From Patescibacteria group bacterium (GTDB taxonomy: Bacteria; Patescibacteriota; UBA1384; XYA2-FULL-43-10; 1-14-0-10-43-13), in NCBI GenBank assembly GCA_041666325.1, contig JBAYHC010000003.1, positions 159,102 to 223,101 of the forward strand: a DNA stretch of 64,000 bases. The letters run 5' to 3'. A program made the position numbers and the translations under genes. Numbering within the stretch: position 1 is the first letter of the stretch; the number at the start of each line of letters is the position of its first letter. Under the pieces are notes generated by a model. It was not told the origin of the DNA. It was given only the letters and a program-made list of their open reading frames with translations, and made no database searches. Positions 26,983 through 36,587 of this stretch are shown here, in pieces.

Positions 26983-28107
26983 TTACTCCATTGCCTTGAT
27001 AATTTCCCCGGCAACCCTGTCTAAACCATCAGCCGGGAAAAACCGCTTGGCGTTATTACCAAGCTCCTTGATTCTTTTTCTGCTGTCACTAAACAAATTA
27101 TCGACCGTTCTGTTGATCAACTCAGGAGAAAGATCATCGTCTTTAATCAGAACGGCTGCATCAGCGACCTCTAGTAGCTTAGAGTTCTTGTACTGATGAT
27201 CAGACGCAGCGTACTTCCAGGGAACTAGAATCATTGCTTTTCCTCTTAGTGCTAGCTCTGAAATGGTAGTAACGCCAGCCCTCGCGATGACTAAATCGGC
27301 CGCTTCGATTGACTCCAGCATTCGATCTCTTCCTCCCTCTATGCGCAAGAAATCTGTCACAAAATAATGTGACCTTAGCTCTGGGGGCAAAGCGTTGCGA
27401 TGATTCATTACCCAGTCAACGCTGTGATCACCGGTCTGATGTATGATATTGTATGAAGATAACAGCTTGGACAGTGCCGGCAAAACGTTTCTATTCAGGG
27501 GCATTGCACCGAGACTGCCGCCAGTGATGAATATGACCGGCCGCTTGTCAGGAAAACCGAAATAAGAACGATCCACCTCAATGTCACTTTTGATCTCGCT
27601 CCTGACAATAGGTCCACTAAACACAAGATTATTTTTATTATCATGACCATAAATATCTGGGGAGTAGGTTACAAAAACCTTCTTTGCGCATCTTGACCCT
27701 ATTCGGTTGGCAAGGCCTATCTTGGTATCAGACTCATGAACAAAATACGGAACACGAAATAGGTTGGCTGAAAAAATTATGGGCAGGGAAACGTAGCCGC
27801 CTTTGGAAAAAACTAGGCCTGGCCGCTCTCGCCAAATCAAGATCAAAGATTGCCAGAAACCAATAATAAATTTTATTAACTCACCAATATTGCGCAAGGT
27901 AATATGACGGCGCATCTTGCCAGCCATAATTTTTTGGTATGTAGGAATGGATGAATAAAAGTTTTGTTCGATATCTCCACCGTCACCAACTACAACTATA
28001 CGCAAACCTGGATTAATCTGTTTTATCTTCTTGTACAGCTCAAAAGTTGGCACAATGTGTCCGCCTGTCCCGCCACCGACCAAAACCACAGTTTTATTCT
28101 TTGTCAT
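26983..28107 (-). CDS. murG: undecaprenyldiphospho-muramoylpentapeptide beta-N-acetylglucosaminyltransferase
   Basis: N-terminus MTKNKTVVLVGGGTGGHIVP (GGTGGH motif). Start set at the internal ATG 28105-28107 rather than the track start. Confidence 0.85.
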   Translation of the reverse strand: MTKNKTVVLVGGGTGGHIVPTFELYKKIKQINPGLRIVVVGDGGDIEQNFYSSIPTYQKIMAGKMRRHITLRNIGELIKFIIGFWQSLILIWRERPGLVFSKGGYVSLPIIFSANLFRVPYFVHESDTKIGLANRIGSRCAKKVFVTYSPDIYGHDNKNNLVFSGPIVRSEIKSDIEVDRSYFGFPDKRPVIFITGGSLGAMPLNRNVLPALSKLLSSYNIIHQTGDHSVDWVMNHRNALPPELRSHYFVTDFLRIEGGRDRMLESIEAADLVIARAGVTTISELALRGKAMILVPWKYAASDHQYKNSKLLEVADAAVLIKDDDLSPELINRTVDNLFSDSRKRIKELGNNAKRFFPADGLDRVAGEIIKAME

Positions 28108-28120
28108 AATCAAATCCAGG

Positions 28121-29209
28121 CTACGCCTTCCTATGCTTAGAAATATTACACAAGACACCAACTGCGGCAAGCAAGAAAACTAGGGACGTGCCGCCATAAC
28201 TCACGAAAGGCAAAGGGATTCCCGTCAGCGGAACAAGAGAGAGCATGGCTGCAATGTTTATTATCGCCTGAAAAAAAACCCATGAGGTGATCGCAGCTGC
28301 TACTAGACGAGAAAACTGATCTTGGGCTTCGAATGCAATCTTGTAACCGCGCATTGCTATGAACATAAAGACGGCAATCAAAATCATTGAGCGTATCAAA
28401 CCCAGCTCTTCTGCAATAATAGCAAAAATTGAGTCAGTGTGCGCCTCTGGAAGATAAAGATACTTTTGACGACTCTGTCCAAAACCAAGTCCCCACACCC
28501 CCCCCGAGCCAATAGCAATCAGGGCATTACGGATGTGGTAGCCGGAACCAAGGGCGTTAGACTCTGGATTCAGGAATGTTAAAACCCGCTCCATACGATA
28601 CGGTTCAAGCTTCACTGCAAGCCAGAGCAACAGTCCTCCGAGCCCTGCACCGGCTACCAAGTGCAAAAGGGAAGAACCAGCAGCCACAAAAATCGAGGTA
28701 GAGATTATGACTAATATGGCCAAGGTGCCAAGATCTTTTTGTACCAGCATGAGACCGGACACAAGACCGACAATAGTAATAAATGGCCAGAACATTTGGC
28801 GTATTGCTCTCAGGTTTTCGCCTTTGCCAGACATCCAGCCTGCAAGATAAAAGGTAAATGTCAGTTTTGCAATTTCAGACGGCTGAAACTGAGTAAAGCC
28901 TAGACTAACCCATCTTCCTGCCCGACCAAAAATTATTGGTAAAACCAAGAGGACTAGAGTAATGGCTAGCATTTTAGCAGAGTTCTTCTGCCAAAATCGA
29001 TAGTCAATCGACTGAAATACAATCCATACGACAATTCCGATACCAGCCCAAAGGAACTGTTTTTTTAGAAAGTACTTATCAGTCGCTTCATCAGTAATTT
29101 GAAGTGAATAATACTTAGAAACAGAGTATATCATGATCAAACCAAAAACTATCAGGGCAAAAATGGCCAGGGCCAACCAATAGTCAGAATGTTGTTTGCG
29201 CGTATTCAT
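28121..29209 (-). CDS. ftsW: lipid II flippase/peptidoglycan polymerase FtsW (SEDS family)
   Basis: 10-TM SEDS-type sequence; position between murD and murG. Confidence 0.82.
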   Translation of the reverse strand: MNTRKQHSDYWLALAIFALIVFGLIMIYSVSKYYSLQITDEATDKYFLKKQFLWAGIGIVVWIVFQSIDYRFWQKNSAKMLAITLVLLVLPIIFGRAGRWVSLGFTQFQPSEIAKLTFTFYLAGWMSGKGENLRAIRQMFWPFITIVGLVSGLMLVQKDLGTLAILVIISTSIFVAAGSSLLHLVAGAGLGGLLLWLAVKLEPYRMERVLTFLNPESNALGSGYHIRNALIAIGSGGVWGLGFGQSRQKYLYLPEAHTDSIFAIIAEELGLIRSMILIAVFMFIAMRGYKIAFEAQDQFSRLVAAAITSWVFFQAIINIAAMLSLVPLTGIPLPFVSYGGTSLVFLLAAVGVLCNISKHRKA

Positions 29210-29329
29210 AGATCATACCTGGTAAGCAGATAAGAATTAGGTTAGTAAGTTGGCACCCTTACTTGCTAGCTTGTCCCGATAACCGCTTGGCGGTAGCGGG
29301 ACCCCGATACTTTCCGAAATATAATAATG

Positions 29330-30760
29330 TTATCGGGGCTTACTAGCTTTTAAACTTAGCACAGCTGACTTAAATTTCTCTCCGCGATCTTTATAATTCT
29401 TGAACATACCGAAACTAGCGCAGGCCGGGGAAAGTACCACAACATCACCGGACTTAGCCAAATTATTAGCATTTGCAATAACCTCTTCGATAGTTTCTCC
29501 GCCCTTAACTAACTCTTTGTTGTATCCGAATTTCAGAAGGGACTGCCTGATACGCTCTGCCTCGGCTCCAATCAGCACAACACCAACCACATTTGAAGAA
29601 ACAATCTTCTGTGCTAATTCTGAGAAGTCTGCACCCTTGCTGCTACCGCCAAGAATTAGAATTTTGTCTTTCTTGAGAGAGGAGATGGCCGCCATTGTTG
29701 GGCCAGGAGTAGTGCCGAAGGAATCGTCAACATATGTGACACCGCCAATAGTCGCCACAAGCTCTAATCGATGAGGTAGTCCTAAAAATTCTTTAGCGAC
29801 TTTACGAATAGCTACCAACGGAACCCCTATTTCGCTTGCAGCAATAGCTGATGCAGCGATGTTTTCTAGATTATGACGACCCAGCAACATGATTTCACTT
29901 TGACGGCAAATCACTTCCTCTTCGCCGGCAACACGAAGAATCACCTCTATGTCGCCAGCAACATCTCTTATATATGCGTCGCAAGTTGAATCTTCTACTG
30001 AAGAGAAATAAGATATTTTCGATTTAATCCCACTTAGCCACGCTGCTGGAAAGGTGGACCTCCTGTTTAGTATGACTAAGTCTCCTCTTTCTTGGTGCAG
30101 AACAATATTCATTTTGGCTTGCTGGTATTCAAGAATGCTGTGATGATAATCCTGGTGCTCGACATCAAGGTTGGTTACTATGGCAATATGAGGACTACGA
30201 TCTAAGTCCATTAATTGAAAACTTGATAGTTCGAAAACAACATTACTCTCAGGTGCAAGAACTGGTAATAGTGTTGCTGCCGGCTCGCCAATATTTCCTA
30301 CCAAATATGATTCACCGCCAACAGAACCCTCTTTGATCATACGATAAACAAGTGACGAAGTTGTTCCCTTGCCCTTCGTACCCGTTACGCCGATAGTGGG
30401 ACTCGGAGACAGTTCAAAGAATAATTTTGTCTGGCTAGAAATCTCCACCCCTCGTTCCCTCGCCTCTACAATTTTTGGGTGCAAACTTGAGATTCCTGGA
30501 GTACGAAAGATTATATCAAACTCAGCTAGGTGCTCTAGGTAGCCATCTCCCAAAATTTTCTTCACAGACCCGTCTGTCAGTATGGCTTCGATGTCATGAA
30601 GCAGGTCTGGCTCAGCTTTTTCGATTATTTCATGATCATTTCTCTGGTCAAGAATGGTAATCTGCGACACCTTGTCTCTTAAGAACTTTGCGACAGCAAT
30701 TCCCTCGATAGCCAAACCCAAAATTGCAACGCTTTTGTTCTTGAATCGATTATATTCCAT
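29330..30760 (-). CDS. murD: UDP-N-acetylmuramoylalanine--D-glutamate ligase
   Basis: MurD N-terminus SVAILGLAIEG and Mur ligase motifs GTKGKGTT. ATG at 30758-30760 with an AGAGGA RBS. Confidence 0.82.
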   Translation of the reverse strand: MEYNRFKNKSVAILGLAIEGIAVAKFLRDKVSQITILDQRNDHEIIEKAEPDLLHDIEAILTDGSVKKILGDGYLEHLAEFDIIFRTPGISSLHPKIVEARERGVEISSQTKLFFELSPSPTIGVTGTKGKGTTSSLVYRMIKEGSVGGESYLVGNIGEPAATLLPVLAPESNVVFELSSFQLMDLDRSPHIAIVTNLDVEHQDYHHSILEYQQAKMNIVLHQERGDLVILNRRSTFPAAWLSGIKSKISYFSSVEDSTCDAYIRDVAGDIEVILRVAGEEEVICRQSEIMLLGRHNLENIAASAIAASEIGVPLVAIRKVAKEFLGLPHRLELVATIGGVTYVDDSFGTTPGPTMAAISSLKKDKILILGGSSKGADFSELAQKIVSSNVVGVVLIGAEAERIRQSLLKFGYNKELVKGGETIEEVIANANNLAKSGDVVVLSPACASFGMFKNYKDRGEKFKSAVLSLKASKPR

Positions 30761-30773
30761 ATTATTGTTCCTC

Positions 30774-31790
30774 TTAGAAGTCACCTCGTCCCAGCAAGGC
30801 AACAACCATGCCAGCAACGGCGAAAATCATACTTATAACCCAGAAGCGCATTGTAATCTTGTATTCGGGCCAACCTATGGCTTCGAGGTGATTGTGCAAT
30901 GGAGAAGAGAGAAATATCTTCTTGCCACGAAATTTCTTAGACAACTGTTGAACGATATAGCTTAGGGCTTCGATCGTGAAAACGAATGTAATAATCGGCA
31001 AAACAACAACAGAGTTGGTTAGGAAGGCAACAACGCCAAGCGTCATGCCAAGCGCCATGCTTCCAGTATCCCCCATAAAGAAACGGGCTGGCGGAATATT
31101 AAACCACAAGAACGCAAGCAGGGAGCCCATAATTGTAGCGCAAAACGCAGCAAGTTCCACCTTCCCCATGGTCAATGCGATAAATGCGAAAGCGCCATAC
31201 GCCATCACAAAAATACCGCCAGCCAAACCATCCTCGCCATCACCAAGATTAGAGGCAAAAGAAATCCAAACCAAAGCGAGAATAAAAAGTGGAATATACC
31301 ACAGACCAATAGTGAAGTCACCAAGTGCGGGAATATGGATTGAGTTCCACTCAAGCTTGTAATAAAACCACCATGCACCTACTGCAGAAATTGCTGTGTA
31401 GAGCGGCAACTTCTGCTTGAAACTTAACCCTCCGCCCTTCTCGCCAATCCCTTTAATATTCCAGAGATCATCAATGGCTCCAACTATTCCAGTCGCTATT
31501 AAGGCAAAAAGCGGAAGCCATGTTGCGGCCCTTTCGAGATTGAAAATTAGGGTCAGAACTGTCGTTGTTCCTAAAATCAGTATTCCAGCCATAGTGGGCG
31601 TGCCCGCCTTCTTGGCATGAAGTTCTGCGTAAATAGGCGCGTCCTTGCTTTCCCTGATACGCTTGCCAAGCTTATTTCTATACAAAAAATTAGTAAACAT
31701 CGGCGTCCAAGCAACAGTTATTGCAAATGCAGCAAGGGCCAGCCAAAGCATCCTTGATACGTCCTGTGTTGAAATAAGCAGTATTTCCAT
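30774..31790 (-). CDS. mraY: phospho-N-acetylmuramoyl-pentapeptide transferase
   Basis: Polytopic membrane protein with MraY motifs (GLIDDL-like GAIDDLWNIKG, DGxDGLA-like NLGDGEDGLAGG). Confidence 0.85.
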   Translation of the reverse strand: MEILLISTQDVSRMLWLALAAFAITVAWTPMFTNFLYRNKLGKRIRESKDAPIYAELHAKKAGTPTMAGILILGTTTVLTLIFNLERAATWLPLFALIATGIVGAIDDLWNIKGIGEKGGGLSFKQKLPLYTAISAVGAWWFYYKLEWNSIHIPALGDFTIGLWYIPLFILALVWISFASNLGDGEDGLAGGIFVMAYGAFAFIALTMGKVELAAFCATIMGSLLAFLWFNIPPARFFMGDTGSMALGMTLGVVAFLTNSVVVLPIITFVFTIEALSYIVQQLSKKFRGKKIFLSSPLHNHLEAIGWPEYKITMRFWVISMIFAVAGMVVALLGRGDF

Positions 31791-31877
31791 AGAAACTCCG
31801 TAGCTAGTATGAATTAAGCTTTTAAGAATTAAGCTACACCCACACCGTCTAGCTTACTTGCCTACAAGCCTACCTGT

Positions 31878-33140
31878 CTAGCGTTTTTTTCTATTCCATT
31901 CACCACCCTGACGGACAAGGAATTCTTTTGCCTGGTTAGGGTTTTTCATTAACAACTTTACCACCTCTTCAAAGAAATTTCTGTTTTGTGAGGCCTTTAT
32001 CAAAACCAGATCGCCATCTTTAATAATACCATCAAGACATGGTACCAGCGCACTTCTGCTTGCAAAAACCAAAGAACGACCATCGTCATTAAACACCTTG
32101 GCCATATCTTTTGCATAAGGACCAACGAAGACGGCCAGATCGCAACGATCTTTTGCGTATTCCGCAACCTCTTTGTGAGCCTCTTCGCTGTGATCACCAA
32201 GCTCATTCATATTACCTATGATCGCAACTTTCCTTGAATTGGTTTGAACATCAGACAGAAAGTCGAGTGCGGCACTGACCGAAGCGGGACTTGCGTTATA
32301 TGTATCATCGATAATCGAAATATCGTTTTTGCCCTCAATAAGCCGCATCCGGCCAGAAACCGGCTTGATCCCCTCAAGTGACTTTGCAGTTTTGAGCAAA
32401 GACAAATCAAGGAGGTCGGCTACAGCCAGGGCGAACAACTGCGAATATATCATCTGCCGACCCAAGAGCGATGACTTTACGGCTATTTTCCGACCTGTCA
32501 TTGTTACCCGATACTCGGTGCCGTCAAGCGATAGCTTGATACCTTCAGCTCGATAGTCAACACTCTTGCTCTCAATACCAACCCGAATCACATCTCCATC
32601 AGCAAATTTAACCAGTCTGGCATCATCTGAGTTGATGACACTTCTGCCATCGCCCGCAAGAGAATCCAACAATAGCAGTTTCTCGCTTGCATACTCTTCG
32701 TACGATGTAAAGTTGGCCAGATGAGCCTTGGTTATAGCTGTTAAGACAGCAATTTTGGGTCGAAAGATCGTCATCAGATGCCTCATATCGCCGGGCTTGT
32801 CAACACCAAGTTCCAGCACCAAATACTTTGGGTAGCTTCTTATCAACATGGCCTTGATCAAAAACTTAACCACGAAAAGCGGCCAGACCGTCTTGCCCGG
32901 TACCTTCTTATAGCCAAGGATAGTCAGAGGAACGCCTATCTCAGTATTAAGATTACCAGCATTTGACCAAACCATCGAGGCACCGAAGGCTTCCGAAAGA
33001 ACGTGATGGATCGCCTCCTTGGTCGAGCTCTTCCCCACTGAGCCAGTGACAGCAATAATATAAGGGTCAAAGCGATTAATTACCCGCCGAGCACCAAAAG
33101 CAAGGATGCGGTTAATAATTTTTAGAAAAATATTCTTCAT
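31878..33140 (-). CDS. murF: UDP-N-acetylmuramoyl-tripeptide--D-alanyl-D-alanine ligase
   Basis: AVTGSVGKSSTKE P-loop and the MurF-typical NLNTEIGVPLTIL. No murE lies between ftsI and murF. Confidence 0.8.
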   Translation of the reverse strand: MKNIFLKIINRILAFGARRVINRFDPYIIAVTGSVGKSSTKEAIHHVLSEAFGASMVWSNAGNLNTEIGVPLTILGYKKVPGKTVWPLFVVKFLIKAMLIRSYPKYLVLELGVDKPGDMRHLMTIFRPKIAVLTAITKAHLANFTSYEEYASEKLLLLDSLAGDGRSVINSDDARLVKFADGDVIRVGIESKSVDYRAEGIKLSLDGTEYRVTMTGRKIAVKSSLLGRQMIYSQLFALAVADLLDLSLLKTAKSLEGIKPVSGRMRLIEGKNDISIIDDTYNASPASVSAALDFLSDVQTNSRKVAIIGNMNELGDHSEEAHKEVAEYAKDRCDLAVFVGPYAKDMAKVFNDDGRSLVFASRSALVPCLDGIIKDGDLVLIKASQNRNFFEEVVKLLMKNPNQAKEFLVRQGGEWNRKKR

Positions 33141-33237
33141 GTTTAATGCCTAGGTCAATAAGTGTGTGAGCAAGCAGGTTGGTAAGTCGTTGAACTGAAT
33201 GTGGATCAACTTAACATATACTTTACTTGCTTACTTG

Positions 33238-35004
33238 CTACCTCAGGGGCTTAACTTCTCGGGTCGGTGTTATGCGATAGTAATAATTGAGGAGAAATCC
33301 TGAGATCTCACCAAAAAGCGAACCGGCAGTGTTTTCGGCATATTTCGCGGCCTTTGGCTTCTCGAGTTTAACCAACATTGCATACTGAGGGTCATTGGCG
33401 GGACCATACCCGGCCAGTGAATGATTGAAGATACCAAGCCCGTCCTCAGACTGCTCGTACTTACCATCTTTGGCGATCTGTGCAGTACCTGTTTTTCCCG
33501 CGATCTCAAAACCCGGCACCCCAGCCCTCCACGCATGACCCTTGTCGACGGTTTGTACCAACATATCAGTTAAAAGGCTTGCAGTCGATTCTTTGATAAC
33601 CCGCTTGCCCTCTCTTTTCTCAACATTTTTCTCTGTACCATCGGCCATGATTATTTTATCAACAACATGAGGATAGATATAGACACCCTTGTTCGCAATG
33701 GCAGCGTACGCGGCGACCATTTGCATTGGAGTAACATTGACACCTTGTCCAAACGAAATTGTCGCCCTCTCGATGTCATGCCACTGCTTGAGCGGTTTAG
33801 TATACCCTATCTCCTCTGTGTCAAGATCAATTCGAGTCTTGTCAAACAGGTTAAAATCAGACAAATAGCTGTGCATCTTTTCCTTGCCAAGTTTCTCTGA
33901 GAGCCAGACCATAGCCACATTGTCAGAGTTCTGCAAAATCTCAGCCATGTTCTCCTTACCGAAGGCCTTATCCTCGGCTGTATGGATAGTGAAGCCATCC
34001 ACAACAACACTCGCACCAAACTCCTCAGTCGTGTCAGGCTGAACCAGTCCCTGGTCAAGAGCAGCAGCCATAACTAGGGGCTTGATAATGCTTCCGGGTT
34101 CGTAAAGATGAGCAATCGAGGGGTTAATGAAGAGCTCGGGCTTTTCTTTGGCAACAGTTCGGAAGTTATTAGGGTCGTAAGCGGGCGCGGACACCATAGC
34201 AACAACTCCGCCGGTCTTAATATCAATAACAACAACGGTACCAGAATCGGCTTGATACGTTTCCAATGCTTCGTTTAGTTTTTTCTCAATAAAATATTGA
34301 ACGGACCGATCAATGGTAAGCACATAGCTTGCTCCGTTCTCCGGTTCATGCTGATCAATCAGATTGATGATCCGGCCAAGAGTATCCTTTTCTCCCTTGA
34401 TGTTGCCCTCTGACCCTTTTAGCTCGTGGTTATAGTGGCCTTCAAAGCCGTAGTTTCCTTCACCGTCAGCGTTAACAAATCCCAGCACATGCGAAGCCAG
34501 CGCCACCTCGGGATAATATCGGCTATATTCCGGAACTACCAAAACACCCGGCATCCTCTTGCCCTTAATGACATTGGCCTCATCCAGAGACAAACCCTTT
34601 TTTAGTGGAGGGACATATAGTTTTTCATTGTTGATCTTTTCAAATATCTCAGTCTCGGCTACACCGATAAGCGGAGATAGCTCCAAAGCAGTTTTGTTCT
34701 TGTCCTTAATATTATAAGGCACCGCCCAAACCGCAAATCGCTTAACATCAAAAGCCAATGGGTAATAACGGTCTGGCTCAAAATACGAGTCATGGACATA
34801 GATCTTCCCGCGTTGACCCAACTCAACTTTCTCAAACCGTTGCTGGTCTTGAGCAAGAGCCAGATAATGGCTATGCTTCGCTATTTGAATATCAAAAAGA
34901 CGGCCAAAAAGCCCGAATGTTAAAAGAATAGCTAGCACGCTAGCCGCCCTCAAGCGGCTTCTGGTAACTTTTGAATAGTCCATGATTTCGCTAAATTGCC
35001 CCAA
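33238..35004 (-). CDS. ftsI: class B penicillin-binding protein (FtsI/PBP2-type transpeptidase)
   Basis: N-terminal TM plus dimerisation domain. Transpeptidase motifs SxxK (PGSIIKP), SDN-like SDN and KTGT. Start codon ambiguous between M1 and M8. Confidence 0.82.
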   Translation of the reverse strand: MGQFSEIMDYSKVTRSRLRAASVLAILLTFGLFGRLFDIQIAKHSHYLALAQDQQRFEKVELGQRGKIYVHDSYFEPDRYYPLAFDVKRFAVWAVPYNIKDKNKTALELSPLIGVAETEIFEKINNEKLYVPPLKKGLSLDEANVIKGKRMPGVLVVPEYSRYYPEVALASHVLGFVNADGEGNYGFEGHYNHELKGSEGNIKGEKDTLGRIINLIDQHEPENGASYVLTIDRSVQYFIEKKLNEALETYQADSGTVVVIDIKTGGVVAMVSAPAYDPNNFRTVAKEKPELFINPSIAHLYEPGSIIKPLVMAAALDQGLVQPDTTEEFGASVVVDGFTIHTAEDKAFGKENMAEILQNSDNVAMVWLSEKLGKEKMHSYLSDFNLFDKTRIDLDTEEIGYTKPLKQWHDIERATISFGQGVNVTPMQMVAAYAAIANKGVYIYPHVVDKIIMADGTEKNVEKREGKRVIKESTASLLTDMLVQTVDKGHAWRAGVPGFEIAGKTGTAQIAKDGKYEQSEDGLGIFNHSLAGYGPANDPQYAMLVKLEKPKAAKYAENTAGSLFGEISGFLLNYYYRITPTREVKPLR

Positions 35005-35042
35005 TAATTACAACGAAGCATACTACCTTGCTTGCCCTAACT

Positions 35043-35405
35043 TCAACGGATGCCCGCAACAGCATACGACTCTTTGACATGCTCGACACTTGAAACAGGC
35101 TCCAAAACATTTTTTTCTACGCCGTTGTCGATCTCTTTTAGCGACTTTAATCTAGTTTGCTCAACCTCCAGGCGCTCTTTCTCAAGCTGCAAATCCGCCT
35201 GCTTTGACTCCAGGTTCCTGATCCTAACACTTCTGTTAGCCCCTGCTGTCGATTGAGTTAAATATACCAAAGAAAGCAATGCACAGATAGCGATTGCAAC
35301 AAATTTTATTGCATTTGGGCCAATTACAATTTCTCGGTTTACAGTCTTATGGCGTCGGTTCTGAACTCTCTCTGCCCCGCTTGAAACTGAAATAATTCGA
35401 TTCAC
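35043..35405 (-). CDS. ftsL: cell division protein FtsL-like (TM plus coiled coil)
   Basis: 120 aa, single TM FVAIAICALLSLVYL followed by coiled coil. Position between mraZ and ftsI. Confidence 0.6.
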   Translation of the reverse strand: MNRIISVSSGAERVQNRRHKTVNREIVIGPNAIKFVAIAICALLSLVYLTQSTAGANRSVRIRNLESKQADLQLEKERLEVEQTRLKSLKEIDNGVEKNVLEPVSSVEHVKESYAVAGIR

Positions 35406-35588
35406 TTTCCCTCCCGATCATTTGAGCTTGCTTATCTTTCTTTTCCAGAGCCAGCACCTTTTGTTTTTGTCTTAGTGCCCATGTTTTTGTTTTTGATGTC
35501 ACACATTTTATTCCTTTGCCCTCCTCCGACCTGATACAAAGGAATGTTTGTGCTGACTCTAGAAAAAAAGATAAGTTGTCAAGTGTTA

Positions 35589-36020
35589 TTAAAATCCAAT
35601 CTCTGCAAGATTTTCGGCAATCTGATCTGAATTGGCTTCCATCTGCTTCTTAAAATCTTCCCAAGCGTCCTCTGGCCAGATTTCTAGACGGTTATACACA
35701 CCTGTGATAACAACCTTGCCATTAATGCCTGCATATTCTTTAAGGTATCCCGGAAGATTAACTCTTCCTGCTTTGTCCAACTTGGTATCCATTGCTCCGG
35801 CGAGCATGAGCCTTGCAAAACTCCTGGCGTCCTTTTGAGTAATAGGAAGATCTGACAGCTTCTCGGCAATTTTCTCCCACTCTTTTTGGGTATAAACCCA
35901 GAGACAATGATCAAGGCCTCGCGTTACAACACAACCGGAAATCAAATCATCGCGAAACCTAACCGGAATAGAAAGCCGCCCCTTCTCGTCAATAGAATGT
36001 TTATATTCTCCTATAAACAT
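35589..36020 (-). CDS. mraZ: transcriptional regulator MraZ
   Basis: MFIGEYKHSIDEKGRLSIP plus a second MraZ repeat AGRVNLP. 143 aa. Confidence 0.88.
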   Translation of the reverse strand: MFIGEYKHSIDEKGRLSIPVRFRDDLISGCVVTRGLDHCLWVYTQKEWEKIAEKLSDLPITQKDARSFARLMLAGAMDTKLDKAGRVNLPGYLKEYAGINGKVVITGVYNRLEIWPEDAWEDFKKQMEANSDQIAENLAEIGF

Positions 36021-36173
36021 GTTTCATCCTTAAAGCGTAAAAAGGCAACGGTCACAATAACCATTACTAATCGCCTACATCCTGGAGCAAATTATTCTAG
36101 TTAGGCCTTAGTTTTCAACGAGATCATTTTGTTTTTGAACTTTTTGTTTTAGAACGGGTTGCGGGTGTGTTTC

Positions 36174-36200
36174 CACTTTTTCCCACTATTTCCCACTTGT
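36174..36200 (-). promoter_or_regulatory. MraZ operator: three direct repeats AGTGGGAAAT / AGTGGGAAAA / AGTGGAAAC on the coding strand, with 5-nt spacers
   Basis: GTGGG-N5-GTGGG-N5-GTGGA matches the known MraZ direct-repeat operator architecture; located about 150 nt upstream of mraZ. Confidence 0.6.
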
Positions 36201-36306
36201 TTCCATTCTATGGAACATTTACTTAATGGTCAACTATAAATCCCCCACTTATGTGGATAACCCCTTGTATATATAGGGTAATTTCTCGGGATTATCATGT
36301 CCATAA

Positions 36307-36338
36307 AACAAAAAACCAGCCATACCGCTGGTTTTAAG
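36307..36338 (-). terminator. rho-independent terminator for the glyQS/small-membrane-protein transcript
   Basis: Hairpin AACCAGCGGTATGGCTGGTT followed by TTTTTTG on the minus strand. Confidence 0.6.
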
Positions 36339-36354
36339 CTTAATTGTATAATCT

Positions 36355-36576
36355 CTATTTTCGCTTCTTTTTTCGCTTCGCTTGGTAGCTATCGAGGGCA
36401 ACTCCCAACAGCATGGTCACGAATCCATAAGCCAAAATAATTATGTACACATTGCCTGACCTGATATCGGATGGAGAGGTAGCCACAACCGAATTATACA
36501 TAGCGAACAACAATATTATCGACAGTAACCCAAGAATCAAACCAAGAACAAAATGCTTCGTTGCCGACGCGTACAT
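36355..36576 (-). CDS. small two-TM membrane protein (73 aa) with a basic C-terminal tail
   Basis: Two hydrophobic helices and a KRKKKRK tail; directly downstream of glyQS. Confidence 0.45.
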   Translation of the reverse strand: MYASATKHFVLGLILGLLSIILLFAMYNSVVATSPSDIRSGNVYIIILAYGFVTMLLGVALDSYQAKRKKKRK

Positions 36577-36587
36577 GGCCCCTCCTA

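Noticed and set aside
35406-35588. A hidden rsmH/mraW gene between mraZ and ftsL
   Set aside because: The gap is only 183 bp with stops in all frames on the minus strand, which cannot encode a roughly 300-aa methyltransferase.
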